Virus record (IMG/VR): IMGVR_UViG_3300027896_004848
Reading direction: 5' to 3' (one strand)
Length of the DNA: 64,000 bases
Source of the DNA: an uncultured virus (IMG/VR IMGVR_UViG_3300027896_004848)
Taxonomy: Duplodnaviria > Heunggongvirae > Uroviricota > Caudoviricetes
Positions 11,196 to 20,826 of the stretch are shown here, in pieces. Each line of letters begins with the position of its first letter. Within the stretch, counting starts at the first letter, position 1. The translations under genes and the position numbers were made by a program. A model generated the notes under the pieces. The model was not told where the DNA came from. It saw only the letters and a list, made by a program, of their open reading frames with translations, and did not search any database.

Positions 11196-12758
11196 ATGCC
11201 TATGCTGAGTCTTTGTGTCATTTGTAAGAATGAAGAAGAAAATATAAAGAATCTTTTGGAGTCTGTCAAAGGGCCCTTATTTGATGAGATCATTATAGTA
11301 GACACAAATTCGACAGATAAGACAGTTGAAGTAGCTAGAAAGTACACTCCACACATCTATAACTTTGAATGGGTGGATGATTTTAGTGCAGCGCGTAACT
11401 ACTCTTTTAGTAAAGCTACTTGTGAGTTTGTGGGATGGCTAGATGCAGATGACGCTGTGCTTCCAAAAGACTATCAGAAGTTATTGGCTTTAAAAGAACG
11501 CCTAAATGAAGCAGATACGTGGCTTCTTAAGTATGAGTATGCCCATGATGAGCTGGGCAGGTCGATTTGTAGCTTTTATAGGGAAAGGATAGTACGCCGA
11601 TCCCTTAACCTTAAATGGCAAGAGCCCATCCATGAGTATCTGCCTCTTACTGGTATAATTAAAAAAGAGGATATAGAGATACATCATTATAAGAAACACA
11701 GTACTTCTGCTAGAAATATACCAATGCTAGAAAAATCTGTAAAAGCTAATCCGAATAGTGCTCGTAATGTTTTTTATTTAGGTAAGGAGTACATGGATAA
11801 TGGACAACTTGAAGAAGCACTCAAGACCTTAGAGAAATATGTAGATATGCCAGATGCTTGGGTAGAAAATAAGTATTCTGCTTACATCAGGCTGTCTAAT
11901 ATCATAATGCGCTTAAATAATAAGGATATAGAAAAAGCAAGAAGTATGTGCTTTGCTGCCATAAAGACTTTTCCTACTAGAATAGAGGCATACTGTAGAT
12001 TAGGAGAACTATGTTTTGATAAGAGTGATTGGGAAGAAGCGGTACATTGGTATAAAATAGCTTCTAATATGAAAAGAGACACAAAGATTTTGGATTTAAT
12101 TGAGCCGAGATATTACACATGGCTTCCTCATTTACAGCTTTGTGTAGCCTATAATAACATAGGAGAGGTCAAAAAGTCAGCCTTACATAATGAATTAGCA
12201 CACAGGTACGCCTCAGAAGATTCTAGGATGCTGAATAATAAAAGAATTTTTGAGAAGACTTTAGGTAACGATTACCCAATACCAGAAAAGATTTCTCTAA
12301 AACTTTTATTTGATAAGGATATTAATATAGGAGATTTTGAAATAATAGCATTTAAAGAAGAAAAACAGGCATTTGTTGGTAAGATTGGCTGGTGTGTAGC
12401 TAATATAATAGATGCCGGTACTATAAGGATACGTACTTTAAATATACAAAAGACCTTAAAAAATATGGGAGTAGTCTCAGAATTGTGTACATTTGAGACT
12501 GCTCAGAATTATGATTATGTTATTATAGGTAAGCTATTCTCTGAAGAGGTACTCCAACAAGTAAGACGATTAAAGGATCTCGGTAAGACTGTGCTTTGTG
12601 ACTTAAGTGAGGATATCTTAGGTTATGCTTTTGTTGATGATATTTTGAAAGAATCTGATTTAGTTGTCTGTTGTAGTAAAGAGCTTCAAAAGAAAGTAGC
12701 TAGAATTAACAGTAATGCACTTGTAATTGAGGATGCTGTTGATTATATGCTTGCTTAA
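11196..12758 (+). CDS. GT2 glycosyltransferase + TPR + N-terminal half of a GT-B domain (split GT part 1)
   Basis: LSLCVICKNEE, DFSAARN, WLDADD, IHE; TPR repeats; ends AGTIRIR...DLSED...VVCCSKEL...VIEDAVD; start placed after TATAAT. Confidence 0.85.
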   Translation: MPMLSLCVICKNEEENIKNLLESVKGPLFDEIIIVDTNSTDKTVEVARKYTPHIYNFEWVDDFSAARNYSFSKATCEFVGWLDADDAVLPKDYQKLLALKERLNEADTWLLKYEYAHDELGRSICSFYRERIVRRSLNLKWQEPIHEYLPLTGIIKKEDIEIHHYKKHSTSARNIPMLEKSVKANPNSARNVFYLGKEYMDNGQLEEALKTLEKYVDMPDAWVENKYSAYIRLSNIIMRLNNKDIEKARSMCFAAIKTFPTRIEAYCRLGELCFDKSDWEEAVHWYKIASNMKRDTKILDLIEPRYYTWLPHLQLCVAYNNIGEVKKSALHNELAHRYASEDSRMLNNKRIFEKTLGNDYPIPEKISLKLLFDKDINIGDFEIIAFKEEKQAFVGKIGWCVANIIDAGTIRIRTLNIQKTLKNMGVVSELCTFETAQNYDYVIIGKLFSEEVLQQVRRLKDLGKTVLCDLSEDILGYAFVDDILKESDLVVCCSKELQKKVARINSNALVIEDAVDYMLA

Positions 12759-12890
12759 GGGTTGGGCAGGGGTGATGTTTAGAATTGTAGGATGTAGTAT
12801 AGTAGCTGATTTTGTTTTGTTAAATTTAAATAAAATTTTTTATTTACAGCCGTCAATATGTTGCTATAGTTAAATATGTACGAGGGGGGA

Positions 12891-12924
12891 ATGTGGGCTT
12901 TGTGCTTTAGCGTAAGGCTCACAT
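12891..12924 (+). promoter_or_regulatory. Strong leader hairpin downstream of a sigma70-like promoter
   Basis: AATGTGGGCTT...AGGCTCACATT stem; TTTACA-17-TATAGT at about 12844-12872. Confidence 0.5.
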
Positions 12925-12984
12925 TGGGGGAGAGACAATCACGCTATCTAAAATACACTTTAAAAAATAATATAGGAGGAAAAA

Positions 12985-13665
12985 ATGAGAGTTGTGTTGT
13001 TGTTTTTGCTAATTGGAATTGTGTCTTGTAGTACTGCAAATCAGACTTTGAGTCCAGATGTTGTTTATATGGATGATATAGGTATTCAAGCAAACGGTTA
13101 TCAGGGAATAGGAATTCTTGCTTTACCTCAAGCATCTTCTTATGACATTAAACTTGATGCAGCTGGAAAGATAAATTTATTGGATTTTTCTAGTTGTCAC
13201 AGAACAATTATAAAACAGAAAAGTGGAAGTGGTAATATTTTTAATCCTGGGGACAAAATAGAAATAAATTATGTTCCTGCTGCGGGCATAGAAGACAATG
13301 GAAATTGTGATATAGATATAAGAACTTATAATATTCAATCTAAGAATAGTGTAGGTTATATTGTTTTTCAAAATCCAAAATACCAGCTTCCTGCTACTTT
13401 AAACTGTAATGGTTCAACTATTCAATCTCCGGGGGAATCAGTATGCTCAGCTAAACAAACTTTATATCAGACTATATCTTTTACTGTTCCTGTGAAGGTT
13501 ACTGATAAGGATGCTCAACTTTATAATCTAACAACTACAGATAATAAAGCGTTTAGATATCAGATGCCTCTTGGTACTCATAAAATAGAATTTATCGACC
13601 AAACAACTTTTAAACTTCATAGACTTGTTACTCGTGGTTTTCAACAGGCAAGGATTAATTTATAG
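12985..13665 (+). CDS. Lipoprotein of unknown function
   Basis: AGGAGG RBS, hydrophobic signal with IVSC lipobox, paired Cys. Confidence 0.65.
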   Translation: MRVVLLFLLIGIVSCSTANQTLSPDVVYMDDIGIQANGYQGIGILALPQASSYDIKLDAAGKINLLDFSSCHRTIIKQKSGSGNIFNPGDKIEINYVPAAGIEDNGNCDIDIRTYNIQSKNSVGYIVFQNPKYQLPATLNCNGSTIQSPGESVCSAKQTLYQTISFTVPVKVTDKDAQLYNLTTTDNKAFRYQMPLGTHKIEFIDQTTFKLHRLVTRGFQQARINL

Positions 13666-13673
13666 GGGGTTTT

Positions 13674-13982
13674 ATGAGTTCACTATTAGGAAATTTATTT
13701 GGAATTGGAATTAATGTAGCTGCTAAAGTAGGTGTATCAAGCGGCACAATCTGGTCTCTTGGAATAATGGTTTTTCTTAAAGTATTAGATCTAGTTATAG
13801 ATTGGAAAAACGCTTCTGATGCTCAGAAAAAAGCATATTTAGATCTTGTTATAGCTGCTCAGAATTTAGCTCCAATACCGGTGAGTATTATGCAAGATTC
13901 TGAGAGCACTTATAATCAGCTTATAAAAGAAGCTAAGGAAGCTCAGGCTGCCGCACAGGCTGCAGCAGCAAAGCCTAAATAG
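13674..13982 (+). CDS. Small membrane protein (holin-like candidate)
   Basis: One or two N-terminal TM segments, Ala/Lys-rich tail. Confidence 0.35.
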   Translation: MSSLLGNLFGIGINVAAKVGVSSGTIWSLGIMVFLKVLDLVIDWKNASDAQKKAYLDLVIAAQNLAPIPVSIMQDSESTYNQLIKEAKEAQAAAQAAAAKPK

Positions 13983-13995
13983 TTATAGGTGGCTC

Positions 13996-14203
13996 ACCGA
14001 CCTCCTAATGGCTGCTGCTGTTGGGTGATGGGTTAGAATGACTATTCCGTCGGTAATTGGTGGAAGTGCTCGCCAACTTTGGAAAAGCAGCTTGAGGCTG
14101 CCAGTAACATATTTTAGGTTGAAATGATATATACCTAATTTGATGTTGACCTAAATGTGGTTGAAGGTGATTTGGGGTTCGCACCTGAAATATAACCCCA
14201 CCA
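13996..14203 (+). ncRNA. Unassigned structured RNA upstream of tRNA-Gly
   Basis: GC-elevated gap with several helices containing G-U pairs on the + strand and a 3' H-type pseudoknot ending CCACCA. Confidence 0.55.
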
Positions 14204-14206
14204 TGT

Positions 14207-14281
14207 GCGGGAGTAGCTAAGTGGTATAGCTCAACGTTGCCAACGTTGAGGCCGTGGGTTCGAGCCCCATCTCCCGCTCCA
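14207..14281 (+). tRNA. tRNA-Gly(GCC)
   Basis: Acceptor GCGGGAG/CTCCCGC, anticodon arm CAACG-TTGCCAA-CGTTG, T loop TTCGAGC, encoded CCA. Confidence 0.97.
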
Positions 14282-14594
14282 TTTTTAGGAGAGATTATGC
14301 TTTCGGAAAAAGAAATGATAAATCAAATAGCAGACGCATTTACAAAATTAGAAGAAAAGGATGAGCGCGTATCTAAAATTTATAGTTCTAATTTAATAGA
14401 TAATATAATGGCAGCCGCTAAAAGCATAGATGCACTAGATATACCCTACAAGTTAGGTGACTGCAATATGGTATGGGGAGCTTATATAATTCCTGATGCC
14501 TCTGTTCCCAAGAATATTATTAGAGTACGTTCTGATTCTGGTTATTTCTTTGATTTTAAAATCAAAGAATCAGATTAAGAGGAGGTGAAATAAA

Positions 14595-14714
14595 ATGAAA
14601 AAATTACTTATTCTGATCTGCTTAGTTATTATGTTTGGGTGTATAACAACAGAGAAGCATGGTTATTTTTGGTGTGCCAAGAAAATACAAGGCACAAATA
14701 TACTCTGTCCCTAA
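14595..14714 (+). CDS. 39-aa lipoprotein (not in ORF track)
   Basis: AGGAGGTG RBS; MKKLLILICLVIMFGC lipobox then ITTEKHGYFWCAKKIQGTNILCP. Confidence 0.65.
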   Translation: MKKLLILICLVIMFGCITTEKHGYFWCAKKIQGTNILCP

Positions 14715-15904
14715 AAAAGGAGATATATATGGAAATAATTATTAAAGGAAAAAGAAGAGAAGGAAAAACAACAATAGCTGCATTATTATTTAATCTTTTT
14801 AAAGGAAATAATAATGTAGCTGTTCACGACAGTTGTGAGGAGAGTGATATTTATATTGGTGATGTTTCTATTCCTGAAAAAATTAAAAATAAAAACATTA
14901 TAATTACAACAATTGATGAAGACCAGCCCAACATTCCTGATTCTTCTACAAATTTTAAAAAATGGTTTGATACTTTTATGGATGAACCAAGAAAAACCAA
15001 TGCCTTTGCATATAGAGAAAAAGACCAAGAAGAATTTCAATTTGCCCAGAAAATTAAAGATACCATAATTTATAAAAAAATAGAATGTGGTAATATAAAA
15101 AAGTGTGAAGAAGGTTTTTATATTGAAAGCCTAGAACTTGAAAATGGTAAAAAATTAATTGCAGATAATAATAAAATTTTAATTTTGGAGGAATTATGAT
15201 GGATAAACTGAGAGTTTGAAGATGGTTACTATTCTGTTCAAATTTAAGGAGGATTTAATATGGCTAAAGAGTCATCGGTATACGGTAGTCCACCAGCAAT
15301 AAAAAAACTAATAAAGTTATATGCCTATATTGATGGTGATTTTAGATTGGCTTTTTCTCCTAAGCTTGAATCTGCTGAAAGGTATAATTCAAGGTATCCA
15401 AGTCTTGATACTGTGCAGGAAGTTGAAATGACAGATCCAGATTATGTCTACCCAAATGGAAGAAAACCAGATATTAAATATAGTATGATAATAAAGGTAA
15501 AATAAAAAATAAATTTGTCGAGGGAGGGTCTATCATGGAAACTCAGAAAATTTGTGAAAAAAAACTTAAATGGCCAATTAATACTATTTGGGAGAGGAAA
15601 TATAATATAACAAAAGGTTCGTTAGATATGAGTTATAGTTTAATACAAAATATTAAAGGAGATTGGCAAACTTCTTGGACGGGAGTAATAAGTTATCTTA
15701 CAGCGGAAAATGGCATTGCTTTTTCATTTGATAAAGTAAAAAATATATTTTTTGATTCTCCTAATTTATTTAAATTAATTAAAGATACGATAGAGGAAAA
15801 ACGATTAGAACAGATTTTACTAGAATTAGCTGAAGTAGAAAAAGAGAGTAATGAAAAAATAACTAAAGCTATGATAAGTATTGAAATAAAAGGAAGTACT
15901 ATAA

Positions 15905-16576
15905 ATGCTTAAGGTATATTGGTTCGGTTACGGCGGTCACAGCTGGATGGCTGAAAAGCTTCGTAATTTAATTGAAGATGAACTAGGTATGCAGCTAGTG
16001 ACTATTCATGAGCATCCTAATGCTGATGTCAAATGGAATTTAGAGACTGTATTTGAGGAATTAAAAAAAGCTGATATAATAATAGTCTCTGCAAATTATA
16101 AAAGACAGCCTTGTAAATCTAATAATAAACTCACACAAGCAATGGCTCTCGGTAAGCCTATAGTGTGCTCCCCACTTCCAGCTTATCAAGATATTGTAAA
16201 GCATGGCATAAATTCTTTTATATTATTAAACGACTCTGAAGAAGAATGGCGGAAGTACCTAACAATCCTACGAGATAATCCTGATGTTAGGCAGAAGATG
16301 GGCGTGGAGGCTTTAAAAACAGCTAGAAATTATACACAGGAAGTGGCAGCCGAAAGCTGGCTTAAAGCCCTATCACAAATAGAAAAGAAAGTAGATCCTA
16401 AGGCTATTGACGTGATAATACCCACAAAGGGTAATCCAGAGATTTTAGCAGAGTGTCTGAAATCTTTTGAAAACTCTAGTATGAAAGAAGATATTTATAT
16501 TATCGATAACGGTAATGACATCACCGAGGAATCTCTTAGTTATTTGAAAGTGCCTATTAAGATTGTGGAGGTATAA
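15905..16576 (+). CDS. C-terminal half of GT-B domain + start of a GT2 domain (split GT part 2)
   Basis: KVYWFGY, KSNNKLTQAMALGKPIV.S..PAY, then IDVIIPTKG...IYIIDNG. Confidence 0.85.
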   Translation: MLKVYWFGYGGHSWMAEKLRNLIEDELGMQLVTIHEHPNADVKWNLETVFEELKKADIIIVSANYKRQPCKSNNKLTQAMALGKPIVCSPLPAYQDIVKHGINSFILLNDSEEEWRKYLTILRDNPDVRQKMGVEALKTARNYTQEVAAESWLKALSQIEKKVDPKAIDVIIPTKGNPEILAECLKSFENSSMKEDIYIIDNGNDITEESLSYLKVPIKIVEV

Positions 16577-16577
16577 G

Positions 16578-16856
16578 ATGAGCTTTTTAGAAAAGGTAGC
16601 TAAGAAATTAAAAAAAGATAAAGTTGAAAAGGGGCAGGTACGCAACACTGTCTTACGAAAAATTAAAGAGCTAAAGCAGATAGCTAAAGTCTTAGAACAA
16701 TCTATTAAAATCAAAGAGGAAGAGTTACCAGAATATAAGGGTACTCCGAAAGCAAAACAGTTAAAAAAACAAATAAAAATAATGTTAAATGGGCTTATCT
16801 ATGTACAAGAGTCTATTAAACGGTTGGAAGGATATAGGGAAGTGACTACCTCATGA
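16578..16856 (+). CDS. Basic helical protein inserted within the GT2 domain
   Basis: GGAGGT RBS; MSFLEKVAKKL; stop overlaps next start (ATGA). Confidence 0.6.
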   Translation: MSFLEKVAKKLKKDKVEKGQVRNTVLRKIKELKQIAKVLEQSIKIKEEELPEYKGTPKAKQLKKQIKIMLNGLIYVQESIKRLEGYREVTTS

Positions 16857-18568
16857 TAAGGTCTATTACAATTTTAAAACCCAAAAAGTCTCTTAATTTC
16901 AGTGAAAGCTGTAACTTAGGTATAAAAAGTTCCAAGAACAAATATATATTTGTCGCAAATGATGATATTATCATAACGAAAAACAGTATTGAAGAGCTGG
17001 TCAAAAACACAGATGATGACACTATTACTGGGCCAGACTCTAACTGCAATCTAGGATTTCAGACTGATTATGCTTATACTGTAAAAGACGTTAAGCTTGT
17101 TCCTGCTATGACATTAGATCAGGTGAAGCACATAATACCCGATATCTATAATATAAAGCCAGTAAAACAGGATGTGCTAAAAAGAGACTGGCTGGCTTTT
17201 TTTGCTACAATGTTTACTAGGAAATGTTTTAATGATGTCGGTTTTATGGATGAAAGTTTTATCTATGATCGCGAAGATCTTGATTGGTGCATTGCGGCAA
17301 AGAAACTTGGGAAGAATTTTAAGCAGATTTTTGGGAGTTATTGTTTTCATTTTGGCGGGATATCCAGAAAAAGAAAGCATCAAGAATTGGGACTTAAGCA
17401 CGATTTAGATCAGGAGCATAACTATTTATATTACGCAAACAAGTATGGTATAAAAGACAAGCCTATTTTAGGCATATTTTGTAGTGACGCTTGGGAGCCT
17501 TGGGATGAAAATTCTTTGAATTCATCTGTTTCAAATAAGCCTAGCGGAATAGGCGGATCTGAGACACAGGTTATTTATTTATCACGGGAGTTTTCTAAAT
17601 TAGGATATAAGGTAAAGATATTTAATAAGTGTAAAGAACAGCATTTTGATAAGGGCTATGATGTGGAGTATATTCCTTTTCAAAATTTTGGAGAATATTC
17701 AAAGAAGTTGGAGTATGACTATTTTATAGCTAGTAGATATTTAGATTGTTTTGATATACCTTTTAAAAGTAAGCGTAATTTCGTGATGGCACACGATGTT
17801 TTTCTTATCATGAATGGAAAGCACCAACATGACGTAAAACAAGATAGGGTAGAAAAATACTTTTGTTTGAGTAATCGTCATAAGCAGTTTTTTAGTGAAT
17901 ATCATAATATTCCTATGGATAAGATATTGATGACATCCAACGGCTTAGATTTTTCAAGATTTGAAAATAAAAATATTAAAAAAGATCCTAATAGGCTTAT
18001 ATACAGCTCATCACCAGACAGGGGATTAGAGTACATGATGCCTGTACTAGATCAAGTCTACAAACAACATCCTCAAATGAGACTGCATGTCTATTATGGT
18101 TTTGAGAATTTCAGAGATCAGGATTATATTACAAAGATAAAAGCTGAAATGACTAAGAGGTCTTATATTACCTATCATGGCCGGGTTGGGCAGGATAGGC
18201 TAGCAGAAGAGTTTTTAAGAAGCGGTATTTGGAGTTACTTTTCTGGATTTAGTGAGACATTTTCAATTACGGCCCTTGAGGCCATGCAAAGCGGGGCATG
18301 CGTGCTTTCTTCTGCGTATTGGGGTTTGATTGACACGGTGGGCAATGCAGGTATTTTAATTGACTTACATGACAACTACAACAATATACACACAGATGCT
18401 TATAAAAATAAATGGAAAGAAGAATGTCTTAGATTGTTAAAAGATCAAAAATATGCTGATTCTTGGCGGGCTAAGGGCCTAGAAAGAGTCAAAAAATTTT
18501 CATGGACTGCTGTGACAGAACAATGGTCAGATCTGTTTTTAAAAGGCACATGGAAGGAAATCCAATAG
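16853..18568 (+). CDS. Remainder of GT2 domain + complete GT4-like domain (split GT part 3)
   Basis: NFSESCNLG, VANDD, EDLD, HFGG; then GIGGSE, YSSSPDRGL, ETFSITALEAM. Confidence 0.9.
   Translation: MIRSITILKPKKSLNFSESCNLGIKSSKNKYIFVANDDIIITKNSIEELVKNTDDDTITGPDSNCNLGFQTDYAYTVKDVKLVPAMTLDQVKHIIPDIYNIKPVKQDVLKRDWLAFFATMFTRKCFNDVGFMDESFIYDREDLDWCIAAKKLGKNFKQIFGSYCFHFGGISRKRKHQELGLKHDLDQEHNYLYYANKYGIKDKPILGIFCSDAWEPWDENSLNSSVSNKPSGIGGSETQVIYLSREFSKLGYKVKIFNKCKEQHFDKGYDVEYIPFQNFGEYSKKLEYDYFIASRYLDCFDIPFKSKRNFVMAHDVFLIMNGKHQHDVKQDRVEKYFCLSNRHKQFFSEYHNIPMDKILMTSNGLDFSRFENKNIKKDPNRLIYSSSPDRGLEYMMPVLDQVYKQHPQMRLHVYYGFENFRDQDYITKIKAEMTKRSYITYHGRVGQDRLAEEFLRSGIWSYFSGFSETFSITALEAMQSGACVLSSAYWGLIDTVGNAGILIDLHDNYNNIHTDAYKNKWKEECLRLLKDQKYADSWRAKGLERVKKFSWTAVTEQWSDLFLKGTWKEIQ
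18551..18564 (+). repeat. Putative attL core
   Basis: TGGAAGGAAATCCA encoding WKEIQ at the GT 3' end. Confidence 0.7.
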
Positions 18569-19635
18569 CCTATATAACTATTTGATTTGTTTAATTAAAA
18601 ACTCAAAATAGGGATAGAACAATGGCACCTTATCCCTACCGTTAGTATTTGAGTAAATTCTTTTAAATCTATATAATGCAGAGCGAGGTGAATTATGAAT
18701 TGGTTTAAAAAATTAAGAGCTACCATTGAAGAAGCACCTCTTTACCGTGAGCCTATTCTGCTTCTAACAGAAAAACAATATATTGATGTGTTAGAAAATT
18801 TTTACGGGAGAAAACTAACAAAAAAAGAATTACAAAAAGTCAGCATTAAAATTGAATATCAAATTAAAAAAGAAGATGAGAAATTTAAAGCAGCAATGAA
18901 TCCAAAAGGAGCCTTATGAAAAAGAAAATAGATAAAATAGAAAAAATGCCCTCATTATTAGACCGTCTGAATACTGTTGGGGTTAAACCCCTATAATTTT
19001 GTTAGATTAAAAGATAAGAGAAAAGGAGAATAAAATGGATGATGGTTGGGGTCATTGTGATAAGTGTAATGAAGGATTTACTAGTGACTATGAACTTCCA
19101 ACGGATAGCTATTTTGATGGGGGTTACTTTACACCTTTTAATAAAACTCTTTGTAAGAAATGCTATCCTAAAAATTGGAAAGAGCTACATGAAGAATATG
19201 ATAAATATCAAGATGAATTTAATAAAAGAGTAGAACAGAAATACAGGAATAGAATTGAAGAGCTGATTGGAAAATCTTTAGATGATGAAACCTTTAGATT
19301 TATTCGTGAAGGTCGTACAGCTTGCTATAACCAAATACAAAGAGAATTTCCTAATCCTTTTACTGAAAAAGAGCCAAATGAGGTTAATAATGAATAAAGA
19401 ATTGTTTGATAATTGGTTTGTTGAAAAATATGGTTTAAAATATGAAGAAATTTATGATGGATTCAAATTTAATAAAAACGATATGTTAAATATTTTTCAA
19501 ATTTGTGAAAAGCACTATAGATTAAAAATTATTGAAACTTTAGAATTATTAAATAACCCCTTAAATGATAATGGAGCAAGTTGTAGAACAACTATAACTA
19601 GAGCTATTAAAATATTAAAAGATTGAGGTATATAA

Positions 19636-19782
19636 ATGCTCATAGAATTAAATTGTCCTAAATGTGAAACAACTTTTGAAGCTAATCCTTTTAAAGTTGA
19701 ATATACCTGCTGTCCTAAATGTGATTTACCGTTCGAGTGGGAATGTTCAATGGAGAATTGGTGGGCTGAATGGGAACAGTAA
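19636..19782 (+). CDS. 48-aa Zn-ribbon protein (not in ORF track)
   Basis: GAGG RBS; CPKC...CPKC. Confidence 0.55.
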   Translation: MLIELNCPKCETTFEANPFKVEYTCCPKCDLPFEWECSMENWWAEWEQ

Positions 19783-20229
19783 GGCTATACCTTGAACTTT
19801 AATGAATTAAAAAAATCTGATAAGGAATATGACATTAAAGATTTAAATAATTCCGATGGATCACCGTTTATGGTAGATCGTTATATAGACCTAAAAAACA
19901 ACAGGTTTTATGAGTATAACAAAAAGACAAATGTTTATAGGGAGATTTTTGATTTAGGAACAGAAAAAAACCCTACGGATTGGATTAAAAATACATATAC
20001 CAAATGACTAAAAAGGGTTTATTTTATAAATTTATTAGAAAGCATTTTCCAACACTATTGGGGTTGGTAAATAAAAAAATATATAGAAAAAGACTTGCTG
20101 AAGAAAAGCAAAGAAAATTAGATCGCTGCACACACGCTGAAGCTTATGCTTTTGACGATGATGGTGGGGATTGGGTAGTGTATTATTGTCCTACCTGTAA
20201 AATAGAGTTTGGTAGCAACGGATCATGTA

Positions 20230-20643
20230 CTAGATAATAGATTGATAATTATACCCATGCTCCCAAAACTCTGATTTACCCATATCTGAAATAGGTGCTT
20301 TAAAGACTTCAAGATTCATTAGTCCTGGGATCTCCGACCTTCTAGGTTCATTGCTATGTCGAGATATTGCTTTCTTAAATGACTTTTCATTAAAATTCTT
20401 ATTCATTGCTCTACTAGATGTAGCCTTTAAAGAGGTAATAGCCCCCGTAATATTCACATTTATTTTATACTCTATTGTAAAAATCAATTTTTCTGCTTCA
20501 TAACTAAAATCCCCCACCCATATACCTAGTTTTGAAGCTGCTTTCTTAAAAGCACTTTCCAGAATACTTCTGTCGGGTATTTCAATCTTAGAAAAAGCTT
20601 TAAAGGTCACTTTGAGTTTAATTGATCCTTCTGGCCTTGCCAT
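20230..20643 (-). CDS. IS200/IS605 TnpA (Y1)-like protein lacking catalytic motifs
   Basis: LKATSSR and FWEHGY match the TnpA LKG.SSR and FW..GY motifs; no HUH and no C-terminal catalytic Tyr helix. Confidence 0.55.
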   Translation of the reverse strand: MARPEGSIKLKVTFKAFSKIEIPDRSILESAFKKAASKLGIWVGDFSYEAEKLIFTIEYKINVNITGAITSLKATSSRAMNKNFNEKSFKKAISRHSNEPRRSEIPGLMNLEVFKAPISDMGKSEFWEHGYNYQSII

Positions 20644-20779
20644 ATCTCACCTCTCTAACTCTTATTTTAGTCCAAAGTTAAGAGAATGTCGAGTAGATTC
20701 GTTGGGGATATAGCTAACTCATTGTATTTATTAGTATAGCACACCTTTTTTAAAAAATTAATTGAATGCCTAATAGAAC

Positions 20780-20807
20780 TTGACTTTTAGCGTCATTATG
20801 CTATAAT
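20780..20807 (+). promoter_or_regulatory. sigma70 promoter of the integrase
   Basis: TTGACT-16-TATAAT with extended -10 TG. Confidence 0.7.
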
Positions 20808-20826
20808 GAATAAATAGGGGGAAAAC

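Noticed and set aside
14165..14203. tmRNA end or theta/HDV-like ribozyme
   Set aside because: No canonical T-arm/acceptor pairing or tag ORF; lacks HDV P3/P1.1 and lies 5' rather than 3' of the tRNA
14237..14296. N-terminal extension of ORF 14237-14578
   Set aside because: Overlaps the tRNA; the likely start is ATG 14297 after AGGAG
14729..15199. P-loop NTPase call from GKRREGKTT
   Set aside because: Walker A-like only; the rest is too short and unrecognisable to assign
12759..15904. Ribosomal bypass or self-splicing intron joining GT parts
   Set aside because: The gap is 3.1 kb with its own promoter and genes; no group I/II consensus recognised
20230..20643. Active IS200/IS605 element
   Set aside because: No HUH, no catalytic Tyr and no adjacent tnpB
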